Shown: positions 8,147 through 15,754 of the stretch, in pieces
Numbering within the stretch: the first letter of the stretch is position 1
Layout of the letters: the number at the start of each line of letters is the position of its first letter
IMG/VR virus record: IMGVR_UViG_3300033480_000006
Coordinates: 1 to 43,691 of that record
Origin: a virus
Lineage: Duplodnaviria; Caudoviricetes
Direction: 5' to 3' (one strand)
DNA length: 43,691 bases
The notes under the pieces: model-generated
What the model was told of the DNA's origin: nothing
The model's input: the letters and a program-made list of their open reading frames with translations, nothing else
Database searches by the model: none
Position numbers and translations under genes: made by a program

Positions 8147-9209
8147 CGTCGTGCACGACCACGTGGTCAAGGGTCTGCATCTGCGCCGGTTCCGCGACAG
8201 CCAGGCGTACTACCTGTACTTCCGCACGCACGCTGGCGTCGAGCGGCGGCCGAAATTGGGTGACGCTGGTGCCATCTCTCTGGCCCAGGCGCGCCAGCTC
8301 GCGCGCGACTTGCTGGTGCAGGTGGCCGCCGGTGGTGATCCCAGTCAGGCTCGCGCCGCGGCGCGCAGCGAGGCTACGGTCGCCGAGCTCTGGGCGGAAT
8401 ACTGGAAGCGCCACGGCAGCAGCAAGAAGTCCGCAGCCGAGGACAAACGCATGTGGGAAAACTATCTTGCCAAGCCGCTCGGTATCAAAAAGCTATCGGC
8501 GGTCCGCTACGCCGATGTGGCTGACCTGGTGGCAGGTATGGCCGCCGCGCCCGTCCAGGCCAACCGTGTGCTGGCGCTGGCCTCCAAGATGTTCAACTTC
8601 GCCATCGCCCCGCTGCAGTGGGCCAAGGACAACCCCTGCGCCGGCGTCAAGCGGTACAAGGAGCGGGCGCGCCGGCGCAAGGCGAGCCGGCAGGAGATCG
8701 CTGCCCTGGTGGGCGCGCTGCGCCGGGAACTGGCCGGGCCCCACCGGGCGTCGGCTGCGTTCCTGTGGCTGCTGCTGACCACCGGTGCACGCAAGAGCGA
8801 GATCGCCGCCGCGCGCTGGGACGAATTGGACGGAAACCGCCTGCTGCTGGCCGAGCACAAGACCGACGCCGGAGGCTACGACCGCATCATCTACCTGCCT
8901 CCCGTGGCGCTGGAGGTGCTGGAGCGGCTGTCCCGGGGCCCGGGTACCATCACCGGCGTACGCGCGCCCAAGAAGCTGTGGGATCGGCTGAGGAGCGAAG
9001 CCGGCTGCCTGGATCTCACCATGCACGATTTGCGCCGCACCTTCGCCAGCGTGGCGCTGTCCACCGGCCAGGTGACGCTCGAGCAGGTGATGCAGATGCT
9101 GGGCCACACGTCCGCGCAGACCACCAAGGTCTATGCTTGGCTCATGGAAGATGCCGCCACCGAAGCCGTGGGCGTGGTGGCGGATCGGTTGATGCTGGAG
9201 GTCGTATGA
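8139..9209 (+). CDS. int: Tyrosine integrase with N-terminal arm-binding domain
   Basis: GLHLR...YYLYFR...LG..ISLAQAR arm domain; catalytic R (TGARKSE), K (HKT), HDLRR, LGH, Y (TKVY). Confidence 0.95.
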   Translation: MADVVHDHVVKGLHLRRFRDSQAYYLYFRTHAGVERRPKLGDAGAISLAQARQLARDLLVQVAAGGDPSQARAAARSEATVAELWAEYWKRHGSSKKSAAEDKRMWENYLAKPLGIKKLSAVRYADVADLVAGMAAAPVQANRVLALASKMFNFAIAPLQWAKDNPCAGVKRYKERARRRKASRQEIAALVGALRRELAGPHRASAAFLWLLLTTGARKSEIAAARWDELDGNRLLLAEHKTDAGGYDRIIYLPPVALEVLERLSRGPGTITGVRAPKKLWDRLRSEAGCLDLTMHDLRRTFASVALSTGQVTLEQVMQMLGHTSAQTTKVYAWLMEDAATEAVGVVADRLMLEVV

Positions 9210-9400
9210 AACTGCGCAAACTACGCCGCAAGAAGGCTTGGCGCCCCCGCTATCGGGGGTTCGTGTTGCTGGCCGGCCCGGATGACTACTATGAGTGGGT
9301 GCTGCCGATGGCTGCTGCCAGCCGGGCACTGATCCAGGGGGAGGTCGGTTTTCTCCAGGGGTTTCGATTCTGCGAGCCAGAGCAGGTCAACCCTTCTTAG
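9206..9400 (+). CDS. Hypothetical protein (64 aa, basic N-terminus, GEVGFLQGFRF)
   Basis: GGAGG SD; ATGA overlap with the int stop. Confidence 0.6.
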   Translation: MKLRKLRRKKAWRPRYRGFVLLAGPDDYYEWVLPMAAASRALIQGEVGFLQGFRFCEPEQVNPS

Positions 9401-9548
9401 CTCGGTGCCCCAGCACCTCGCTGGTTTTCTTCATGCCTTCGGCCGCCAACTTGGCAGCGGTGGACTGCGACATGTGGTGCTTGGCCGCGATCTTAGGATC
9501 GTGCGCCGCGGCCTGGAACAGGCGGTATTGGGCTGGGGTCCAGGGCAT
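9387..9548 (-). CDS. Small phage protein (53 aa, MPWTPAQYRLFQAAAHDPKIAAK...)
   Basis: AAGGTG SD; resembles a common small phage family (Q.RL..AAAH.P..A.K); last late gene, convergent with the early operon. Confidence 0.7.
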   Translation of the reverse strand: MPWTPAQYRLFQAAAHDPKIAAKHHMSQSTAAKLAAEGMKKTSEVLGHRAKKG

Positions 9549-9559
9549 GATAGTTCACC

Positions 9560-10117
9560 TTAGTTGGTGAAATAGTGCCCGGAAACGTACACGGTGGCGC
9601 CGTTCCCGAGTACGGCGTTTTGCACTTGCGCCGCACTCGCTACGGTTTGGCTATACAGCCGTACCACGGGCAAGGGCGCGCCTACGGTGATCAAGGCGGA
9701 CATTGACACAACATTCATCGCCAATCCGCTGAACAACGTTACCGGAGCCGCCGCAGCCACCAAGCCATCAAAGGGCAACCCGGAAATTTCGGAAGTACTG
9801 CCTGTGCCGATCACATTGACGGCGAGCGCGCCGCTGAAAAACACTGCTTTCCCGATCTTCACGTAGCTCCCGCTTTGCAGGGTGTACGTTGCAGTGCCTC
9901 CGACACTTGGGGTCCACGTTCCTTCCTCATAGTCGTCAAGTGTGTTCGCGTCGGCGCTCGGGACCTGCGTGGCGGGGAATTTCGCCTGGCCACCAGTCAA
10001 ACTGACCAGCCCGGTAAAAGTCTTCGCTCCCGCGATCGTCTCGTCACCGGTCTTGTGCACCACCTCGGCATCGGTCAGGTCCTCGACGGTCATGTTGGCG
10101 GGTACTTTTTGAGTCAT
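9560..10117 (-). CDS. Short tail-fibre / receptor-binding-like protein
   Basis: GGAGGA SD before ATG 10117; VVHKTGDETIAGAKTF and DANTLDDYEEGTWTP...YVKIGKAV..GLPF motifs typical of fibre C-termini. Confidence 0.75.
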   Translation of the reverse strand: MTQKVPANMTVEDLTDAEVVHKTGDETIAGAKTFTGLVSLTGGQAKFPATQVPSADANTLDDYEEGTWTPSVGGTATYTLQSGSYVKIGKAVFFSGALAVNVIGTGSTSEISGLPFDGLVAAAAPVTLFSGLAMNVVSMSALITVGAPLPVVRLYSQTVASAAQVQNAVLGNGATVYVSGHYFTN

Positions 10118-10140
10118 GGTGGTGTCCTCCAAATGTCAAT

Positions 10141-10335
10141 TCAAAATTCAAAACGTGTCAGACCCAGAACCCAGGCCTGGAAGCGCATGACCCTGGTGTA
10201 TGGGTCTTTGTGCTCGGCCTCGATCTGCTCGCGGCCTATGCGCTGCTCTCCGGTGGCCAGCATGCCTACCGGGGCGGGTCTTGGTGCCGCGCATCCGGCC
10301 ATGGATGCGGCCAGCAGGATAGCGGCTGCGTTCAT
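10141..10335 (-). CDS. Small putative lipoprotein
   Basis: Hydrophobic N-terminus ending in lipobox-like MAGC. Confidence 0.55.
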   Translation of the reverse strand: MNAAAILLAASMAGCAAPRPAPVGMLATGEQRIGREQIEAEHKDPYTRVMRFQAWVLGLTRFEF

Positions 10336-10341
10336 GGCTGG

Positions 10342-10764
10342 CTAGACGCTAAAGCTGTATAAATTGATAGTCGACATCGCTTGCTCGATCGATTCGCCGA
10401 AGCGCTGCGTGCGCAGCCAAGTGTGTACATTCGTGTATTGGCGATGCGCTCCGTTGTGCCAGAAGCCGCGCGGAATCTCGCGGTTGAAGTTCGCCAGATC
10501 GAAGTCGTAGTAGCGCTCCAGCGCCTTGTACCGACCGGCTGCGTTGTTCCACAGGTCCACCGGGTAACCGTATCCGTCCCAGGCGTGGATCTCGTGGATC
10601 GATTGGCTGCCTATGAAGCCGCCGGGATGGCGGCCGATGTAGCTGGCCGTTCCGTCCGCTTTAGAAACATAGGGATGTCTCGTCTTTTCGAGCGCAGGCA
10701 CCACCACGCCAGCGGCAGCGGCAGCGGCGAGTAGTCCCAGAAATGAGCGACGTGAAAGGATCAA
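10342..10764 (-). CDS. Protein with twin-arginine (Tat)-type signal peptide
   Basis: AGGAG SD and TTG start; SRRSFLG followed by LLAAAAAAGVVVPA. Confidence 0.7.
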   Translation of the reverse strand: MILSRRSFLGLLAAAAAAGVVVPALEKTRHPYVSKADGTASYIGRHPGGFIGSQSIHEIHAWDGYGYPVDLWNNAAGRYKALERYYDFDLANFNREIPRGFWHNGAHRQYTNVHTWLRTQRFGESIEQAMSTINLYSFSV

Positions 10765-10789
10765 TTTAATCTCCTGTTGAAGGCTGCAT

Positions 10790-11089
10790 TCATTTCACTG
10801 GCGCCGTGCACGCTTCCAGGGCGGTGCGCAGCTGGCCCTCGTAGCCTTCGCGGCGCTCGATCTCTGCGCGCGAGGCGCGAACGTAGGCATCTAGGGCCGG
10901 CTTCTCGGTGAATTCCTCGGTCGGCATCACTGGGCGATCGGGCACCTTCTCCCGGCACTCCACGGGTACGGACACGTAGACAGGCGCCGTCTGAGGCGGA
11001 TTGCTGCCGCATGCCGTCAGCACGAACAGCAGGGCGACGGCCGCCGCGATGTAGATCCAGCGCATCCAGCGGGGTGGGAGGCCATTCAT
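10790..11089 (-). CDS. o-spanin (Rz1-like lipoprotein)
   Basis: Lipobox LTAC, Pro-rich body, C-terminal Cys; ATGA overlap with the i-spanin stop. Confidence 0.8.
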   Translation of the reverse strand: MNGLPPRWMRWIYIAAAVALLFVLTACGSNPPQTAPVYVSVPVECREKVPDRPVMPTEEFTEKPALDAYVRASRAEIERREGYEGQLRTALEACTAPVK

Positions 11090-11424
11090 TTGCGTTTCTC
11101 CCACCAGTCATCCACCACAGCCTGGGCGCTGGCGCAGGCATCGCCCGGCACGGCCGGCGGCGTGGCCAAGATCTTGTCGGCCTTGCGGTTGTGCTGCTCG
11201 GCCTGTTTCTTTGCCTCTGCAATCTTGGGAGCCGCCGCGGCCTTGCGCTCCTGGGCCTTGGTTTCCAGCTGCTCGGTGCCCTTGCTGCATTCCATGGCAA
11301 CACCAACGGCCTGCCGCTCTCCAACCTTGGCCGTGGTGGTATTGTCGCGCTGGCCCAGATAGGCCCAGCCCAGGGCGGCATTTGCGGCAAGGCTGATGGC
11401 CAGGATGACGTGGAAGGGGTTCAT
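11086..11424 (-). CDS. i-spanin (Rz-like)
   Basis: N-terminal TM (VILAISLAANAALGWAYL), coiled-coil, C-terminal Cys; lies after the endolysin. Confidence 0.78.
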   Translation of the reverse strand: MNPFHVILAISLAANAALGWAYLGQRDNTTTAKVGERQAVGVAMECSKGTEQLETKAQERKAAAAPKIAEAKKQAEQHNRKADKILATPPAVPGDACASAQAVVDDWWEKRK

Positions 11425-11591
11425 TCGAAATCTCCGGACCTGGCCTTGTTCATTTGGCGCTCGGCTTTGTGGGTACGCTTCTTCGTGTGCTTCCCCCCGT
11501 TTGGGCTCAGGATTCCGCCGCACCGGTTCCCTGGGCGAGCCGACCAGTATTCGTAGCCAGGGCCTTTGCGCCCCTTGGTGGTTCTGCTCAT
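11421..11591 (-). CDS. Small basic protein (56 aa, MSRTTKGRKGPGYEYWSARP...)
   Basis: GGAGG SD; ATGA overlaps at both ends; fills the endolysin-spanin gap exactly. Confidence 0.7.
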   Translation of the reverse strand: MSRTTKGRKGPGYEYWSARPGNRCGGILSPNGGKHTKKRTHKAERQMNKARSGDFE

Positions 11592-12043
11592 GCTTCCTCC
11601 ACGGTGTTGCTGACGTCAAGCCACACCACGTCTCCGCGGTCGATGGCTTCGCGTACCACGTGCTGCACTAACTTGACGGCGGGCCGGCTGGTGCCGCCAA
11701 CGATGCCGTGCGGGTCGATCTCCATGCCCAGCAGGGGGCAGCCTTCGGTGTCGGCCTCGGTGTTGCCGGCATGCATGCGGATGTAGTCGAACCCCGGCAC
11801 GTCATGAACCGTCAGGGTGTCGGGGCCGAACTTTGGGCTGTCCTCCATGGTCAGGCGGTACCGGCCGGCGGGGATGGCCGTGGCGCCCCGGATCTTCCAG
11901 TCAGCCACGGGTTGGCCCGGAATCTCCCGAACCTCGTCCTCAAGCGTGTAGCAGAGCCGGTGGTCGTCGCCCGCCAGCAGCTTGCCGAACGTCCGGGGGT
12001 AGCCGGCCGGAGTGATGCGCTCCAGGCGCAGGATAATATCCAC
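11588..12043 (-). CDS. Endolysin, DUF5675 / L,D-peptidase (YkuD-like) family
   Basis: CYTLED, TAIPAGRY, VPGFDYIRMHAGN..DTEGCPLLG His/Cys motif; lies between holin and spanins; GTG start at 12043. Confidence 0.8.
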   Translation of the reverse strand: MDIILRLERITPAGYPRTFGKLLAGDDHRLCYTLEDEVREIPGQPVADWKIRGATAIPAGRYRLTMEDSPKFGPDTLTVHDVPGFDYIRMHAGNTEADTEGCPLLGMEIDPHGIVGGTSRPAVKLVQHVVREAIDRGDVVWLDVSNTVEEA

Positions 12044-12044
12044 G

Positions 12045-12353
12045 TCAGATCCCGTCGTCCTGGCGGAACGCCTTGAGTTCAGCGCCGAAGGCCTGGCCAC
12101 TGGCAGTCAAGATCACGACGATGCTGGGGTCTTCCACGTGCGGGATCCAGCAGCCCAGCACCGGTCGGCCGTTGAGCAGCATCCATGCCTCATGGAACTT
12201 GTCCTTGAAATCTGGCTTGAGATTGCCCGCAATCTCGGCCGGGCAGGTGTGGTCGGTCAGCGTGATGCTGACCTCGGGGGTGCGCATCACCATGAAACCG
12301 GCGTGCGCGGTAGTGGCGACCAGCAGGGCCGCGGCGATCAGGAACTTCTTCAC
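12045..12353 (-). CDS. Secreted protein with Sec signal peptide (102 aa)
   Basis: GGAG SD, GTG start, KKFLIAAALLVATTAHA-G signal, two Cys (C..GCW). Confidence 0.75.
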   Translation of the reverse strand: MKKFLIAAALLVATTAHAGFMVMRTPEVSITLTDHTCPAEIAGNLKPDFKDKFHEAWMLLNGRPVLGCWIPHVEDPSIVVILTASGQAFGAELKAFRQDDGI

Positions 12354-12358
12354 GGTGC

Positions 12359-12583
12359 TCACTCCTTGGGAGTTTGGTCGATGAACCGGCCCAGGGTGCC
12401 GATGACCAGAATGGCGATGGCGATGCCTAGGACCGCAGAAATGGGCACCGCGTTTTGGAACTTTTCCGGGAGCAATGCCCACGTCGCCAGAAAAGATGCG
12501 TTCACGGCGTTGGCCTGAACGCTGAACCACTTCCACCCTGCGCGCCAGTCCGGCACGAGGGTGGGCTTTTTGATGTTCTTCAT
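12359..12583 (-). CDS. Holin (2 TM)
   Basis: LVPDWRAGWKWFSVQA...GRFIDQ pattern typical of small proteobacterial phage holins; lies before the endolysin. Confidence 0.8.
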   Translation of the reverse strand: MKNIKKPTLVPDWRAGWKWFSVQANAVNASFLATWALLPEKFQNAVPISAVLGIAIAILVIGTLGRFIDQTPKE

Positions 12584-12894
12584 CGCTCCAACTCCTTCGA
12601 ATGAAGATCGACTTTCTGGTTGATGCCGGCGCGCGCCAATATGAGTTCCATGTATATCTCGACTCGCTTGAGCGTGTCAATGGTAACCATGTTCCCTTCC
12701 ACCCTGGCGACGTCTTTTTCCAGCTGCGAGACACGGAGATCCGTTGTGCTGATGCGTTGCAGGAACTGGTTCTGAGCCTCGTACATCTTCCAGACGAAGA
12801 CACAGGCTGTCACGATCAGCAACCTGACCGCCCAGTCAACAGACTGATACAGCCAATGCTTGAACTGATCGCTGTTGTGGGAAGACGTTCTCAT
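12580..12894 (-). CDS. Membrane protein with one TM and a coiled coil (holin/antiholin-like accessory)
   Basis: AAGGAG SD; WAVRLLIVTACVFVW TM followed by a heptad pattern. Confidence 0.65.
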   Translation of the reverse strand: MRTSSHNSDQFKHWLYQSVDWAVRLLIVTACVFVWKMYEAQNQFLQRISTTDLRVSQLEKDVARVEGNMVTIDTLKRVEIYMELILARAGINQKVDLHSKELER

Positions 12895-12966
12895 CTTTGG
12901 TACTCCTTTACGTGAGAATAACAAGCAGGATGCCCGTGCTTCCGATTAATGCTTCTAGGACATGCA

Positions 12967-15702
12967 TTACGTCACCTTTGTTACTGTTACCCTGGCCTTC
13001 CAGTTGTATGTCGCAACGCCACCAGAGTTAACTGTTATGACAACCCCGTTTCCTCCATCAACTCCCAAGGCGTATACACCAGCAAATCCGGCGCTTGCAA
13101 TGGCGACATCAACGTCAACCGCTCCTTGGATAGTTGCAACACCCGCCGCGTCTCGGTAAAAGAGGCCGGTAACAACGTATCCGGCTCTCTCAGCTGACGT
13201 GGAAAGTTTGCCGGAGATTTCAGCCTTCACAAGATAGGCGGACTCATCGTCCAGGTTTTGCGTCCACAAAACAACATTGGCGGCGCTTGTGGAATTTACC
13301 TTGGTAACGATCGGACCCGACGAACTGATGTTTGCAAGACTTGTGTAGTCTCCGTTGGTTCCGCTGAGTGTCGCTTCGGTAGGCCATTCCGTGATGACGC
13401 CAGTTGCACGCACAGCGGTATCAGAAGCCCCTGTGAACTTAGCAGACCCGCGAACTTTAACAGTAGACCCAGCAACGGAGTTGAAGAGGCCATACGACAT
13501 CTTCGTGTTTGCGTCAGTCACATCAGGGTCGAACAATTCGACGCTTGCGCTTGCGCTGGCGATGCGTATGCCGGCCTCTCCAACCGCTGCAGTAGAACAT
13601 GGCTCCCTCAAAACCGGATGAATGCGAATTCCGGATGACGTTGTAGCAGTCACCAAGATGCCATCGGATGTCATGTCCTTGGCGTACACATCAATATCGC
13701 ACTCGGTGACATTTGCGCCTTGGATGTAAACCGCAGTACCGCCTGTTCTCAAATTGAGATCACAGCGAAGATCGGTAACCTTGCCGTTGATCGATAGGCC
13801 ATAACCGTAGCCATTTGCATTACCGGAAAGTGTTAGGTCTCCAAGACTGCCCGTACCAACCGTTGCTATCTCGAACAGAGAGTTTCCGATGTTTTGAGCG
13901 ATAACACCTGTTGCACTGATGCCAGACACGTCTAGGTTTGCGTCTGCGCTTTGCACCTTCACGGCTGATAGATTAACGTTTGTGACAATCGGATTGACGA
14001 TAGCCACGTTACCTGCTTGCATGTAGAAAGCGTGCTGTCCAGTGATGTCGTGGATATCTGCGGAAACGATCTGCGTTGCTTGATTCGATACAGCTACGCC
14101 CAATTGAGCTTCTTTCAGAATGCCTTGGGCCACCCCTGAAATATCCGGGCAAATGATCTGAACATCATCAGCAGCCCCATACGTCGAATCATTGCTGATA
14201 TACACACCATTCTGGAAATTCCCATTAGCAGGAATTGGCGCGCTATACAGATTCGTCCCCTCAATGATTGGGTAGGCAATCTTAATTGACGAACCGCCAA
14301 CGATTTCAACACCGGCAGAGGCACAGTTCTTTGTGTGCGGGAACGTCGCTCCAGAGTTGGTGCATCCGATGAAACCAATCGCCCTATCAGTGTGACCAGA
14401 GTTTCCAGTCCATGCTGCTGACCAAGAGCCCTCTCCATATAGCACTGCTCCACCACAATGCACCCAAACACTATCTTTTGAGGTGGCTTTAAAGATTCTC
14501 TTGTTCGCTGTGTACTGCCGAATTTCGACCTTCGAACTCATGAAGATGGTTTGGTTTGACCGAAGCACAAGCTCATCGGTGATCTTGTATTTACCGTCAG
14601 CAATCCAGCCCGAATCACAGGCGTCGAGAAACGCTTGCAGTGCAGTGGTGCAATCCACAAGTTGCGTCCCAGCTCTAATATCCGCAACCTGAGCAGAAGA
14701 CATGAACCACATGGAACTAGCTGGCCCATCAAAATCACGCTCCCAGACTCTGGCAGAAGCGTCTACGATGTAGGTTCCCCCATTATCTGCTTGAGCCCCT
14801 CCACGCCTTTTGAACGTGCCGGAAATACCAGCGTCCGTCAAACGCACGCCTGTAGCACTCCCCGTATATGCACGCAGTGCTATGTAGTTGGCCAGGGGCT
14901 TGGCCTGGGCCAGCACCTCGTCGGCGAAGGCGCCGTCCCAGGCCACCGCGTTCGCGTCCATCGAATTCACGGTGCGCGACATCGAGAAGTTCTGCACCAA
15001 GATGTTGTCACTGCCCGTGACGGGCGCCGTGGTGAAGGTGAGCGTGGTATTGGCCACGCTGAAATCCACACCAGGCCGCTGGGCCACGCCGCCGATGGAC
15101 ACGATCAGGCCGGCCGAGCTGCCCGGGGCGCCGCTCAAGGTGAACGCCACCGTCGCACCGTCGCCGCTGAAGGTCTGTGTCTGCGGAGAGAATGTAACCG
15201 CCACCGCGGACAAGTCGCCCACAGTGGGCTCGCCATTGGCGTCCCAGTACCACACCTTGTTGCGGCGGGTTTCAAGGCTGGGAACGAACTCGGACGGGCT
15301 GCCCGCTTCATTCTCAGGGTACTTGAACGACCGGTCGACCTGCTCCTGGTACTGCTGATCGATCATGGTCAGCTTGTCCAGCGCCGTCTCGTGCGATTCG
15401 GCGGGGAAGGCATCGTTGGCCACGTAATCGGTCAACTGCGTCAACGGAACGTTGCGCAAGATCGAGATGCGGTGATCGGACGTGGGCGCGATCAGCATCG
15501 TCAGCGTGCCGCCACTGGCTCCGCCGGCGCCGGCCACAGTGTAGTCAGTGGTGATCGCCAGGGTCGAAGAGACGCCGGTGCTGATGACCGTGCGGATGAC
15601 CTTGATGTGCGCGTTGTCCAGAAATCGGAAACCGATCGTGAACGCAGTCGTCACGCCATTGCCGGTGTAGTCGTTGCGCAGAGTGGTGGTGCTGACGGTC
15701 AT
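12967..15702 (-). CDS. Tailspike / tail fibre with T7 gp17-like N-terminal anchor and beta-helix (depolymerase-like) body
   Basis: YTGNGVTTAFTIGFRFL anchor, FSGDGATVAFTL second domain, DCTTALQAFLD..GKYKI beta-helix entry, Gly/Ser/Asn-rich rungs. Confidence 0.88.
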   Translation of the reverse strand: MTVSTTTLRNDYTGNGVTTAFTIGFRFLDNAHIKVIRTVISTGVSSTLAITTDYTVAGAGGASGGTLTMLIAPTSDHRISILRNVPLTQLTDYVANDAFPAESHETALDKLTMIDQQYQEQVDRSFKYPENEAGSPSEFVPSLETRRNKVWYWDANGEPTVGDLSAVAVTFSPQTQTFSGDGATVAFTLSGAPGSSAGLIVSIGGVAQRPGVDFSVANTTLTFTTAPVTGSDNILVQNFSMSRTVNSMDANAVAWDGAFADEVLAQAKPLANYIALRAYTGSATGVRLTDAGISGTFKRRGGAQADNGGTYIVDASARVWERDFDGPASSMWFMSSAQVADIRAGTQLVDCTTALQAFLDACDSGWIADGKYKITDELVLRSNQTIFMSSKVEIRQYTANKRIFKATSKDSVWVHCGGAVLYGEGSWSAAWTGNSGHTDRAIGFIGCTNSGATFPHTKNCASAGVEIVGGSSIKIAYPIIEGTNLYSAPIPANGNFQNGVYISNDSTYGAADDVQIICPDISGVAQGILKEAQLGVAVSNQATQIVSADIHDITGQHAFYMQAGNVAIVNPIVTNVNLSAVKVQSADANLDVSGISATGVIAQNIGNSLFEIATVGTGSLGDLTLSGNANGYGYGLSINGKVTDLRCDLNLRTGGTAVYIQGANVTECDIDVYAKDMTSDGILVTATTSSGIRIHPVLREPCSTAAVGEAGIRIASASASVELFDPDVTDANTKMSYGLFNSVAGSTVKVRGSAKFTGASDTAVRATGVITEWPTEATLSGTNGDYTSLANISSSGPIVTKVNSTSAANVVLWTQNLDDESAYLVKAEISGKLSTSAERAGYVVTGLFYRDAAGVATIQGAVDVDVAIASAGFAGVYALGVDGGNGVVITVNSGGVATYNWKARVTVTKVT

Positions 15703-15710
15703 GTGGGCCT

Positions 15711-15750
15711 CGCAATCATGTGATTATCGCAATTGTGGTTCCGATAGCAA
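15711..15750 (-). promoter_or_regulatory. Putative sigma70-like promoter for tailspike/lysis genes with overlapping dyad
   Basis: Minus strand TTGCTA-N16-GATAAT with TG extended -10; AATCA-CA-TGATT dyad overlapping the -10. Confidence 0.4.
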
Positions 15751-15754
15751 AGCG

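Noticed and set aside
9356-9380. GGTTTCGATTC downstream of int as a tRNA-derived attP core
   Set aside because: The flanks do not form a T-stem, and the sequence is explained by the GFRF codons of ORF 9206-9400.
9560-15702. Diversity-generating retroelement, expected because of the BPP-1-like architecture
   Set aside because: No reverse transcriptase ORF and no template/variable repeat pair differing at adenines was seen in or near either fibre gene.
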